DNA of 64,000 nucleotides from Octopus sinensis (Eukaryota): NCBI RefSeq assembly GCF_006345805.1, contig NC_043006.1, positions 45,074,001-45,138,000 of the forward strand, read 5' to 3'. Made by a program: the position numbers and the translations under genes. How positions within the stretch are numbered: position 1 is the stretch's first letter; the number at the start of each line of letters is the position of its first letter. A model generated the notes under the pieces. The model saw only the letters and a program-made list of their open reading frames with translations. It did not search any database and had not been told where the DNA came from. This document shows, piece by piece, positions 26,438 through 38,109 of the stretch.

Positions 26438-26742
26438 ATTGTTTGTTTCTTCTCGAGCCACGCCTGGCATATAAGGGCCGGTTTCCCAGTTTCATTAGCG
26501 AATAGGTTTCTCACCTGGATGGGACGACGGTCCGTCGCAGTTGAGCTGCAAGATGCAGGAGGGAAGAGTGAGAGAAAGTTGTGGCGAAGGAGTCAGCAGA
26601 AGTTCGCCATTACCTTCTGCCGGAGCCGCATGGAGCTTAGGTGTTTCGCTCATAAACACACACCTCGCCCGATCTGAGATTCGAACCCACGATCCCTCGA
26701 CCGCGAGTCCGCTGCTCTAACCACTAGGCCATGTGCCTCGAA
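26438..26742 (-). mobile_element. tRNA(Arg)-like SINE (OR1/OR2-like) with TSD
   Basis: Head gaggcacatggcctagtggttagagcagcggactcgcggtcg...ggttcgaatc; accgcaaccaaat duplicated on both sides. Confidence 0.88.
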
Positions 26743-27166
26743 ACCGCAACCAAATAGTCTACTTTAAACATTGAAGTTCAGGTGTACTGATATGGTTGTA
26801 CATGACAAAATCTAAACAAACTTGATTTCTTCGTGTATTTGTATCACGTAGCTTTTTATCAGATGTTAAACTCTGTTGTATATTTTTTTAATGCAAAAGT
26901 ATGTTGTTACTCTAAACATGCTAACTTCTGTTTACTGAGTTTGCTTCCGAGAAATATTAACTTCACTCAACTCCAAAATTCGTGGGAATATTTTGTAGTT
27001 CACTTAATATGTTTCGAGTCATGCATACACAAGTAAACATACACACTAACACACACACACACGCACAAACACTCACACATAAACACACACATGCAAAGAC
27101 ATACATACACACAAACACACACACAAGCACATGTACACACACACATTCTCATATCTATCTATCTAT

Positions 27167-27745
27167 AAGGATTGGAGACAAACACTTTCCTCTCTGGTCA
27201 ATCTCTCATCAACTTCTTCAAGTACCACTTGAAAAGGAAAGTGAGAGTAGAGAGGCAAGTTTTGTCTAGCGAATGTTTTAAAAAAAGATGGGTGAATGTA
27301 GCAAGAATGGCACGTATGAATGACGAAGCCACCTTGAGCATAGTCCTATGAACCCAGAAATCGAAAACAGAGAGTTGCTTATTTGCAAAAAAAAAAAAAA
27401 AAAAAAAAGAAATATAAAATGTGACTTCATTGACCGAGGTTACCGTGGTCTTTTCCGCAGGCTTTTCTTTCCACGGGTAAACCTCACCTGTCCTCCCCTT
27501 TACACTTCATATTGACATTTCTGTGATAACGATCCCTATTGATCAATTTTTTTTTCCTCTCCCTCTTTTTTCTTTTTAACCCCCCCTTTTTTTTGTCCTC
27601 TTTCTCTCCTTTTACGATCCCTTTTGATCGAAACTCCCCCTTCCTTTTTTTTAATTTTTTTATTTTTTTTTTTAACCTTCAAAAGAAAAGCTCTACCTTG
27701 TAATTTGTTCTATCTGTGTGCAGCCCTGTGTGGCTAATAAAGAAA
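27167..27745 (+). mobile_element. Tx1/L1-clade LINE, 5'-truncated ORF2 C-terminus plus 3' UTR
   Basis: GLETNTFLSGQSLINFFKYHLKRKVRVERQVLSSECFKKRWVNVARMARMNDEATLSIVL*. UTR ends gccctgtgtggctaataaagaaa; both flanks are (TATC)n. Confidence 0.75.
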
Positions 27746-27746
27746 C

Positions 27747-27747
27747 A

Positions 27748-27820
<73 letters not shown>

Positions 27821-27945
27821 GTCTGTCTGTCTGTCTATTTATTTATATGTCTGTCTATCTATCTGTCAATCTATCTATCTATTTATCTGTCTGTCTGTCT
27901 GCCTGTCTATCTGTCTGTCTGTCTATTTATCTATCTATCTATCTT
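27747..27945. repeat. (TATC)n/(TGTC)n microsatellite
   Basis: Direct reading. Confidence 0.97.
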
Positions 27946-28218
27946 GATAGCTAGCTACACACACACACACATATACAGTGCGGACTTTCCTGTCTAAACG
28001 ACACATGAGGGTCCCGTAGCATCATCCTACCCAACAGCCTGTATAGACGATTTGTTTATAGTCCTCCATTGTTTGTGCTGTACTTTAGCTCACTTCCTCC
28101 ATGAAGTCTACATTGCATGTACGGGTGCACGGCGTACCACACGTCAGACTTCGAAGGGATCACAGAACATGTGTTTTGCTCAAGAACGCAACGCACCGCT
28201 CAGTCCAAGAATCCACAT

Positions 28219-28257
<39 letters not shown>

Positions 28258-28372
28258 AATGGAACAAAGATATGTTTGTATGCACGCCATCATGGACGTA
28301 AATGATTGAAGACTTTGGTATTTGAAAATATTTGTAATGAAATTACGTTATAATGCTAGTATTATCTGATGT

Positions 28373-28675
28373 GTGGAGGCGCAATGGCCCAGTAGTTAGG
28401 GCAGCAGACTCGCGGTTTCGATTCTCAGACCGGGCGTTGTGTGTGTTTATTGAGCGAAAACACCTAAAAGCTCCACGAGGCTCTGGCAGTGGGTGGTGGC
28501 GACCCCTGTTGTATTCTCTCGCCACAACTTTCTCTCACTCTCTCTTCCTGTTTCTTGAGTAACGCTGCGATGGATTGGCATCCTGTTCAGCAGGGGGGAA
28601 CACATACGCCGCAGAAACCGGGAAACCGGACCCATGAGCCTGGCTAGGCTTGAAAAGGGCGACGTTTATCGTTAT
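28373..28675 (+). mobile_element. tRNA(Arg)-like SINE (OR-like) with TSD
   Basis: ggaggcgcaatggcccagtagttagggcagcagactcgcgg head; tattatctgat duplicated at the flanks. Confidence 0.88.
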
Positions 28676-29614
28676 TATCTGATTTATGACTGTAACCTCC
28701 TTCGTGTTACAAAAATGCAAGGCTCACTGGCAATAATAACATATGTTAGTAGCTTCGTATAATGCATCAAGTGGTGATGATGGATTATTTAATTGAAAAT
28801 ATTTTAAGAGAAATAAGGGGGTAAAATTAACGGTGTATCATGAAGGAAAGCAGTTATCTTGTATATCCTATTCGTGCTGGTCTGGGCTGGGTTGTCTTCA
28901 TTAAGAAGTTATCAAACAAATTTACAGCTACGGTGATAGTGATGTCAGCGGATAAGATGAGTTCAGAGAATAGCGATAGGACAAGAGTATTTGGAGAGTC
29001 GTCTGTGTGTTACACTTTTTACCTTTTTACTGACTTCCGTCATTGAACTGCAGCTCTGCTGGGGCACTGCATTGAAGGATCTAGTCGATTAAAATCAGCC
29101 CAGCACATTTTTTTTTAAAGTTTGATCTTTTTTACAGTGCTCCGTTTGCCGAAATGGCTAGCTGAGTTACGGCGATTCAGAGAAACTAGTACCAGTTGTC
29201 AAACCCAAGGACCCATGTGCGCACGCACATGCACTCACACCCACCCACATGCATACACACACAAAATAGACACACAAAAGGCACACAAAATACACACACA
29301 ACACACACACAATACACATGCACACACACACAAAACACACAAAATTGGTTTCCATATTGTCGACGTCTACCAAATTTACTCGCAAGGTATTGGTTGATGC
29401 GAATCTATATTAGAAAACACTTCCTCAAAGTGGCGCACAGTGAGACTGAACCTTAAAACCATGTGGTTGCGAAATAAAGCTCTTAATCACGTTGCCACGC
29501 CTGCCATTGTATTAGTCAGGAATATGGATAGATGATCGGAGTAACTGAGGCATGCAGTTCAGGATGATGAATTATTCAGTGTTTTGGCGACAATAACTAT
29601 TTCCTCTCTCTTTA

Positions 29615-29770
29615 CGTTCTGAGTTCAAATTCCGCCGACGTCGACTTTGCCTTTCATCCTTTCGGAGTCGATAAATTAAGTACCAGTTGCGTACTGGAGT
29701 CGATCTAATTGACTGGCTCCCTCCCCCTACACCCAAAATTTCGGGCCTTGTGCCTAGAGTAGAAAGAATA
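29615..29770 (+). mobile_element. 5'-truncated tRNA-derived SINE
   Basis: gttctgagttcaaattccgcc through ttcgggccttgtgcctagagtagaaagaa. Confidence 0.9.
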
Positions 29771-30357
29771 ACTGCTTTAACGGTGTGTGCGTGTGTGTGT
29801 GAGAGAGAGGGAGGGAGAGAGAGAAAGAGAGAGACAGGCAGAAAGAAAGAAAGAAAGAAAGAAAGAAGGAAAGAAAGAAAGAAGGAAGGAAAGAAAGAAA
29901 AAAGAGAAGGTCAAGAGGAAGAAGTCCGATAAATTAGCTTCAGTGAAAGTTGAGATGAAATATATATATATATTCTCAATACAGAAAGATATCTATTCGG
30001 ACAATAACTGTTGGTTAAAGGAGTAAGGAGAATAGTAAAAACAACTGGTGAACCTAGAAAAAATGGGATATTTTCCGCCAGAGTAACTAAAAGTCTAATG
30101 AATCTGAACTGACTTAAAGCATCTGTGCTGCAAACGACCAGGTGAATATGCGTGAGTTGTATGGAGGTTAAATTCAATGGAAGCGCTGTCTACACCGTAC
30201 GTTGAAATAATTCTGATAATCCCACAAAAGCCAGCATAATGCATTGATATAGATTTGAGTCCAAATCTGTTTCCTTTTAATCTATTATAGCTCAGTAAAT
30301 CTATTATACATGAATAAAAAACACGGACACAATGTGTATATTTTAATATGTCTATTT

Positions 30358-30405
<48 letters not shown>

Positions 30406-30595
30406 CATAGATGAGCTCCAGATGTTCTCCGTATAGAATACACTTTCTTTCTTCCACTCTTTTAATTTTCTCTATCATTTGTACTCTGTGAGTTGAGCCT
30501 TTTGATATGTACACAACCATACACATTATTTTGTAACTTCATGTATTTAATATACTTGAATATTGATCTGTTTAATTTGCTTATCCTCACATGTG

Positions 30596-30630
<35 letters not shown>

Positions 30631-30760
30631 ACAAGGAGAGAAAAAATGTGTGTAGTGGCTAACGATCTATCATATATATATATATATATATATAATATAT
30701 ATATATATATGATAGATCGTTAGCCACTACACACATTTTTTCTCTCCTTGTCTTTTCTGT

Positions 30761-30802
30761 GTCCCTTTCTGTAGAAGAGCGTAGGCTCGAAACGTAAAAG
30801 AC
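30761..30802 (+). ncRNA. Minimal type I hammerhead-like motif (Penelope-type, A6U core variant) in a ~190-bp repeat between (TA)n tracts
   Basis: CTTT-CTGTAGA-A-GAGC(GTAG)GCTC-GAAA-CG-TA-AAAG: stem I CTTT/AAAG, stem II GAGC/GCTC, palindromic ACGT stem III, GUA site. Confidence 0.6.
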
Positions 30803-31099
30803 TTTTTCTATTCCTGAGCGTTATACTAATACATCTGTTTGTTTTGTACACCACCTGTCTTCGTCTTTTGTTTTTTTCGTAAACTGTCCCTATATATATA
30901 TATAATGTATGTGTGTCTTTGTAAAATGGTACTTAGTGATGCTCTAGAAAAGCAGCAGGTTTCAGGCACCAACTAGTATAAGTTGAAGAGAATATCTGTG
31001 TAACTATCTAATTGTTTGTTCGTCTGCCTACGTATAGGTAGGTGAAGAGATAGGTATGCATTGCATAGGTTGGCCCACACTACGTATATACGTATATAG

Positions 31100-31380
31100 A
31101 TTGCACCTAGAATGTTACCCTCCAAGGCACAAGTCTGGGCAAGGTTGTTTATGGAAGACCAGCAGTCGCCCACGCATACCAGTCTCCCTTCTCCATGACA
31201 CCGATGTTATCCAAGGGAAAAGCAAAGGGGATGCAGCTTTGCACCAGTGACGTCACAACTCATTTCTACAGCTGAGTGAACTAGAGCAACGTGAAATGAA
31301 GTGTCTTGCTCAAGAACACAGCACACAGCCCGGTCCATGAATCGAACTCACTACTTCATGATTGTGAGCCTAACGCTAAA
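31100..31380 (-). mobile_element. tRNA-derived SINE with CORE-like domain
   Basis: Minus strand gtgagttcgattc...gtgttcttgagcaagacacttcatttcacgttgct. Confidence 0.75.
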
Positions 31381-31673
31381 GAAACTTTAAGAAAAACAAC
31401 TGAACATTTAATAATTTAACAATAAAAGCAAAGTCCAGTTAAATATATAACATTTGTTTTAACTAGTCTCCCAACAACTTATTTATCAAGTTGTGTGTGT
31501 GTGTTTGTGTGTATGTGTGTGTGTGTGGTGAATATATATATATACATATATAGATGAATATATATATATATATACATATATAGATGTATATATGGATATA
31601 TATATATCTTGATGTATATATATATGCATATATATATATGTTTATATATACATATATGTGTGTATGTATATAT

Positions 31674-31723
<50 letters not shown>

Positions 31724-31915
31724 CATACACACTGTACATGCATGCATGTATATATACATATACACAAGACCCAAGATAGCAGGTAACGTTATGTAGGTGC
31801 TATGGAAGGACCGTAAACTCTCGGTTCGATAATGATTCGAGTAAGGAGTCTAATGCAGGTCTTGTATGAGCATTTATATATTTTAAAAAATGCCTCATTT
31901 TGTTAACACACACAG

Positions 31916-31985
<70 letters not shown>

Positions 31986-31996
31986 GTATAATGTAT

Positions 31997-32052
<56 letters not shown>

Positions 32053-32779
32053 ATACATATACATACATATATATACACACACATGCATACATGCATACAT
32101 ACATACATGCACAAATGTACTCATAATATGTATTCATATATAGTTTTTTAATTCCCACTGAATTATAACGACTTCAATATTATGCAATCATTTCGTAATC
32201 AGAAATGTGTTTTTGTTTTCGAGATAGTGACATCATCATTCTGATGTTGCTATCTTTCGTACATGTTTATGTGATTGTAAATATACTTGAGTATGCCTCT
32301 TAGATGAAGTGTTTGTAGATATGTGTATCTAAACATCATGCATGTGCTTGTGTGTGTTGCTGACAATGTATTGCTATGTGTGTGAATCCCTGTGTTCATC
32401 CGCTTGTATTTATTTTTATGCGATGTGTTATTCTCTTTAGTGTATATTTTTGTATGCAATATATTTAGTATGTGATTTTGTAAGCAATATCTTTGTATAC
32501 TGAGTGCATACGTATATTTATTTATGTATTTATAAACAAGGCAGTATTCTCTGTGCATATAAGTCCCTGTGGATATGGTATGAGCATACTTGTAAACGAT
32601 CTACTATAGATATAGCAGATTGTATGATGTAAAATGTAGTTAATGTTAATAATCCATGTTTATATCGGATTGACTGGGGGCTATTTTAAATTAAGATTCT
32701 ATCAACAGTAATATACCATGAGAAGTCCCAAAAGATCTTTTCACAAAATTTTATCGAGAAGCTCCTGATCTTTAAAACA

Positions 32780-32900
32780 TAAAAGCATAAGAAATTACAA
32801 AATTATTTAGAAGATACTTGAACACATCAAACTTTACAATCGAAGGAATGCTGGCTGTGACCTATGTATTTCAGAAAAATGGGTATATCGTTCCAGTCGT
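32780..32900 (+). mobile_element. Possible Penelope GIY-YIG C-terminal remnant
   Basis: GCDLCISEK resembles the CxLCxxEK end motif; otherwise highly decayed. Confidence 0.3.
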
Positions 32901-33090
32901 TCAGAACTGATAGCATTTTGTCACCATTAATGAAAATATTTATTGAAATATTTAAAAATTTCTAACGGTAAAACATTGAACATCGTATTATATTATTGTA
33001 CATTCCAATCAAAAACATTCTTTTGTTTAATTAACGTGCTTCTCATATGCTATGATATTGTCGTCCTCAATCGAAATCTTTGTTGAAATA

Positions 33091-33980
33091 TTGAGTCATC
33101 CCGTAAGTAATGCGGTTTTTTGAATTGCATAAACTAAAAGTCGGAGGGGGAGGTATAAACTACATGCATCAGCTTGCTATAGAAGCAGGTAGTAATTTTA
33201 CCTTGTACTTCTTAGTGCAGTTCGATTTTAGCAGTTATATTCTCAAAGCTATAATGGAAGTGACAAAGGAGCATATTCGGCATATTTTGCTTTATGAGTT
33301 CAATAAAGGCCACAACGCAACGGAAAGTGCGAAGAATATTAATGCAGTATATGGCAATCGGACAATAAGCGTAAGCCAGTCTCAGCTGTGGTTCTACAGC
33401 CGAAAACTACAGCCTAGAAGATGAGCTTCATCCTGGAAAATCTGTAGAGCTCGACGAGAGCGTCCTGCAAACCCTGGTGGAACAAAATCCCATCGTAACT
33501 ATTGAGGAACTAGCAGAGAAGCTTGGATTTGGTCATTCAACCAGTCATTCAAGTCAGCACTAGAAGAAATACGACCATCTTTGCTTTCAAGAAGAAAAGT
33601 GTTCATCTATCAGGATAATGCTCGGCCACATACAGCGAGAATGGCATTCCAAAGGCTGGAGCAGTTTGAATGGGAAACGATGCTCCACCCACCATATTCG
33701 CCGGACATTGCCCCATCTGATTATCATTTATTCCACAGTCTTCAAAATCATTAGGACGGAAAAAATAAGAATTCTGTTGACGAGGTCAGAATAGCACTGG
33801 AGGAATATTTCTCGTCACGGACAAGTGCATTTTGGAAGAAGGGCCTTGCAAACCTACTAGATAGATGGAAGAGCATTGTAGAAAATGGAGAGTATTTTAG
33901 ACTAAAGAAAAACTTTGTTTATTTTAATTTTGAAAAATAAAAGAAGTGTAGAAAAACCGCATTATTTATGGGACACCCAA
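33091..33980 (+). mobile_element. Mariner (Mos1/SETMAR-like) transposon, internally deleted
   Basis: ~30-bp TIRs (ttgagtcatcccgtaagtaatgcggttttt and aaaaccgcattatttatgggacacccaa) with TA flanks. MEVTKEHIRHILLYEFNKGHNATESAKNINAVYG, QDNARPH and HPPYSPDIAPSDYHLF. The WVPHEL/first-D region is absent. Confidence 0.93.
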
Positions 33981-34398
33981 TATATTAAAACACATAGCGG
34001 ATAAACGTAGAATACTTGTTATACGCGTCAACTAAATAAAAAAGGTTGCTGACGTTCATTCCATTTTCAACGATTTGTATTTCGTCTATAGACGTAAGAT
34101 CGTTTGGTTTATTTCTGTTATTTGGTGCATGAGATTGGAAAAAAAATAAGAATTGTAATTTCTGATGTTTCAACATTATATTATTATGTTACATTAAGGT
34201 ACGGCATTGAGTTTTATTTTCTACGCTCTCGTATATTTTCTCCCCTGTATATGATGGGATGGATGTCCTACGCGCCCACGAAACTTTAAGTCATGTGGAG
34301 CTCAATCAAACTGTTAATAAAAATATATATATAACTCCTACCAATGTCCAAATGTAGTGAGTGCTACTTTCGCTTGTTCACTCACACACTGTCTCTCT

Positions 34399-34433
<35 letters not shown>

Positions 34434-35142
34434 TCTCTCTCGCACACACACACGCGCACACATATTATTGTATCTGTGTTCATTACTCCATTAATTTTGT
34501 AAAATGAACAAATCTAATTTTGCTTTCTAGCAATTGATTTTCTTTATGAATTTTCGACGAATGCATTTGAAAAACAAATTATCTCATGATTAATGTATTT
34601 TTCATTTAATACATAATATTATAGTTTCATACGTATTTTAGTCCCACTGTTTTCGTCAGTGCAATTATGAATTTTAAACTAAAATGAGAATGTAATTTAC
34701 GTAGTATTTGAAGTTAGATAACTTGAAATGTTTATGGACTAACCATCGCTGCCACTGTTAACAGTTATGGTTTCAATTTCTACACAGGGTATAAAATTCG
34801 AATTGCTTTGATGAAATCTGTGAAACTAAAGCGTGTTTACGAGTGGAGTATTTTTTAATACACTGGATTATTTTTTAATAAATACAAACTAAATTAGTCA
34901 TGTTATTTATTTGTTTACACTTTGAATATATTCTATCAAAGTTCGCAGAGAAAATAAATAACTGACAAAAGAAAGCTTCACTGTTTCTGAAAAATAAACG
35001 GAATGAATAATGAAAAAATAGATTTGAAGAACACTAGACTGGATTTGAATAATGGCATGAAGTTGTTTTGCGGTGGCCTCAAGAACACAAGCACTACATT
35101 TCTCCGTTGGACTACACCATAAAAGCACAAAATGACTATATA

Positions 35143-35190
<48 letters not shown>

Positions 35191-35281
35191 ATAATATATA
35201 TATATATAATTATAATTGTTATATTTCGGAATGGTCATATGCCAGTTTAGCCAATAAAACATACGCACTATATATTTAAAC

Positions 35282-35325
<44 letters not shown>

Positions 35326-35331
<6 letters not shown>

Positions 35332-35742
35332 CTCTGAGCGAGGTATAAACAGTAGCTGCACGACATCGTGAGTATATTTGCCACTTAAATGTGGCTAACC
35401 CCTAAGGGTGGATGCTACTGTAGCTTGTAGCCCCAGGAGGACACTTCCTTCAGCTGGCTATTGACACACTTTCTGTGCCCTATCAGTATTTTCAAAGGGA
35501 AGCCATCCTTCCCGTCTTCAACCTATGATACACACGCACTCGAGTTTCTGGGTATTGACCCGTCATCAGCGTGTGACAATCACTGGCTGTCAATGAAAAG
35601 TAGCCCCCCCTTGCAAATATATATCCTTTTTCCAGTGACGAAATGTCAGTAGCATCCACCCTTAGGGGTTAGCCACATTTAAGTAGTAAATATACTTCAC
35701 GATGTCGTGCAGCTACTGTTTATACCTCGCTCACAGATTTAT
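35326..35742 (-). mobile_element. Small hammerhead-bearing (Penelope-type) element with an inverted copy of its own 3' ~95 nt
   Basis: Inverted arms 35326-35420 and 35647-35742; hammerhead on the minus strand; left flank (TA)n. Confidence 0.75.
35531..35575 (-). ncRNA. Minimal type I hammerhead ribozyme, cleavage triplet GUG (likely inactive)
   Basis: cacacg-CTGATGA-c-GGGT(caat)ACCC-a-GAAA-CTCGAG-TG-cgtgtg; perfect 6-bp stem I. Confidence 0.75.
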
Positions 35743-35849
35743 TAATGCTTGTTTACACTTTTTCGATATCAGTGACTTTTCGTCACTGGGAAAAAGGATA
35801 TGTATTTGCAAAGAGAGGCCTACTTTTCATCAACAGCTGGTGACTGTCA

Positions 35850-37674
35850 GTAACGGGTGTTGGTAGCGATTTCTTCGATGTGAGTTCAAATTGTTACACA
35901 CTGATATTGTATGTTTGTTATAGGTTTCCCCGCGCGGGTGAACCAAGATTCTTTGGCTTGTGTAAATTATTGAATTTCAGTCACTGTTTCGTTTGCACCT
36001 GTATAATCCCCGTCTACGGGAGGAGTGAAGAAAGATGGAGAATGTACAAAGTTACGCAGCGGCAACGACACAAGGAATAAATACCAACATCCTGGAAGTG
36101 CAGGAAATAGAAATGAACATAAGAAAGAGGAAGGAAGGAAGAAAATTTGTAAAAAAGAAGGGAACAGATGTAAAGCTGACCCCCCCCCCATCCCCAGAAG
36201 AACTGATGAAAAGCATAGAGAGGAGGACGGTAGTATACAGAACGTTGTCTACGTCCTCGAACAAGATAGAGGTAGCCCCAACAGAAGAAATAGAGGAATG
36301 CCTCGAAAATGTGAAAAAATTGACCACGTTCTATACACGTGGAAAGAAGTATGTCTCAGTGGAAGTAAGGTTTGGCAACCAAGAAGATGCCATAAACCAC
36401 TCCACGGAGCCGTTACGGACAACGAAATGGATACTACTTCCGACGTATTGTGGCAAACACGCTGCCAGAGTGAGAGTTGGAAGAGTGCCCCCGAAATCGA
36501 GGAAGAATGGCTGGTAGCAGCCATAATGCACGATATGAAAGATGGGGTAGAGATCCTCAAGATAACGAGGACCCCAAAGTCCAATTGGTGGGGGTATAGC
36601 CTCGAAGTGGCCATACAGGTATCTTTGGAAGACTTGCATAGTATAACGGAGGAAATAATACTCCCGGAAGACAGCAGACTTCGAATAACAGTAGAAGGAA
36701 GACCACCAACATGCTTCCTATGCGGCAAAAAGGGGCACGTGAAAGCAAGATGTTCCGAGAAGGAAAGCGAAGAGGAGAAGAAAAGTGAAGAAAACAGTAC
36801 CGAAGAGGTAGTACCAACGAAAGAGACAGATAGAGTGGAGGAACCCTTCACAGTAGTAAACACGAGGAAGAGAAAGGAACGGGTGAATTCTCCCCCAGAC
36901 AGTCAAAAAGGCTAAAGGAGATTGTGATGGAAGAAAAGAGAAATAGGTGTGAAGCACCAACAGAAGCAATAGTGAAAGAAGGCACACAGGAAAAACAGTA
37001 TTACAACAGGGAGAAAAAGGAAGCTTTCATAAAATTGGTTATGATGTTTCTGCACGCCCGAACAGATCAGGACGGGAGCCGAAGCAAGCAGAAGTGAAAA
37101 GGAAGAGATATAAGTGGCATTTGGTCACGTATTCTTAAAGTAAAGAAATAGAAAAAGCGATTGTAAAATTTATACCGGCAATAAGAGTAAAGCTGCCGCC
37201 AGGAAAATACCCGGAATACACAAAAAGGAATAGTCATAGACAAAGAGAAATTTTTGAAATTGAGAGAGATGTATGGGTTTTTCATAGACCCACTGGGGGT
37301 TGAAGTCGAGTTTCACAAGCTCCCGTCGGACGTGGAATTAGAAGATTTGAAACCCTTTATGAACATTTAAAAATAAGTAAAATTTGTACTTCATAAAAAA
37401 ACGAGGAAAATAGACTGTTAAAATGTATAAAGAAAAAAGATTAAAAAAAAACCCAAAAGACTAAGAAAAATAAGAAAAAAAAAGAAAAAGACTGTAAGAC
37501 CGTTTATCGTAAAAAAGAAATCGCGGTTTCGTCTCGGAGAGGGACCGAGAAAACCGTATTATATTCATTATAATTTAATTCATTGTAATTCATTTTTTCT
37601 TATGTTTTTTTTTGTTCCCGCATGTTTGTGTATGTACCCCCTGTATTCAGGCCTTGTGCCTATAATAAAGAGAA
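35850..37674 (+). mobile_element. ORF1-only (HAL1-like) Tx1/L1-related non-autonomous retroelement
   Basis: ~185-nt 5' UTR, one frameshifted ORF, A-rich 3' UTR ending caggccttgtgcctataataaagagaa, and no endonuclease or RT sequence. Candidate 15-bp TSD agctggtgactgtca (35835-35849) and agccagtgattgtca (37675-37689). Confidence 0.75.
36035..37370 (+). pseudogene. Tx1/L1-type ORF1 protein (~440 aa): SYAAA N-terminus, RRM-like region, CCHC knuckle, extra C-terminal domain
   Basis: MENVQSYAAAT, VEVRFGNQEDA and ITVEGRPPTCFLCGKKGHVKARC (36712-36753). Frameshift near 36490, further disruptions after 36912, ends ...LEDLKPFMNI*. Confidence 0.8.
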
Positions 37675-37894
37675 AGCCAGTGATTGTCACACGCTGATGA
37701 CGGGTCAATACCCAGAAACTCGAGTCCATGTGTATCATAGGTTGAAGACGAGAAGGATGGTTTCCCTTTGCAAATACTGATAGGGCACAGAAAATGTATC
37801 AATAGCCAGCTGGAGGAGGTGTCCTCCTGGGGCTACAAGCTACAGTAGCATCCACCCTTAAGGGTTAGCCACATTTAAGTGGCAAATATACTCA

Positions 37895-37898
<4 letters not shown>
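37675..37898 (+). mobile_element. Second copy of the hammerhead element (3' part; 5' part at 35779-35849)
   Basis: 224-bp near-perfect reverse complement of 35365-35588; truncated by (TA)n. Confidence 0.85.
37688..37732 (+). ncRNA. Minimal type I hammerhead ribozyme with intact core and GUC site (predicted cleavage after 37726)
   Basis: cacacg-CTGATGA-c-GGGT(caat)ACCC-a-GAAA-CTCGAG-TC-catgtg; palindromic stem III; one stem I mismatch. Confidence 0.8.
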
Positions 37899-37943
<45 letters not shown>

Positions 37944-38063
37944 ATTATGGCCTGCTCGCTTAGCCAGCAGGGTGCGTCATTTGAAGGCTAAAACAATGCA
38001 AAGCACATTGTGACCAGCGATGTGTAGCAACATCTGATAGCCTGGCGGTCACGTGATACGTGA

Positions 38064-38109
<46 letters not shown>

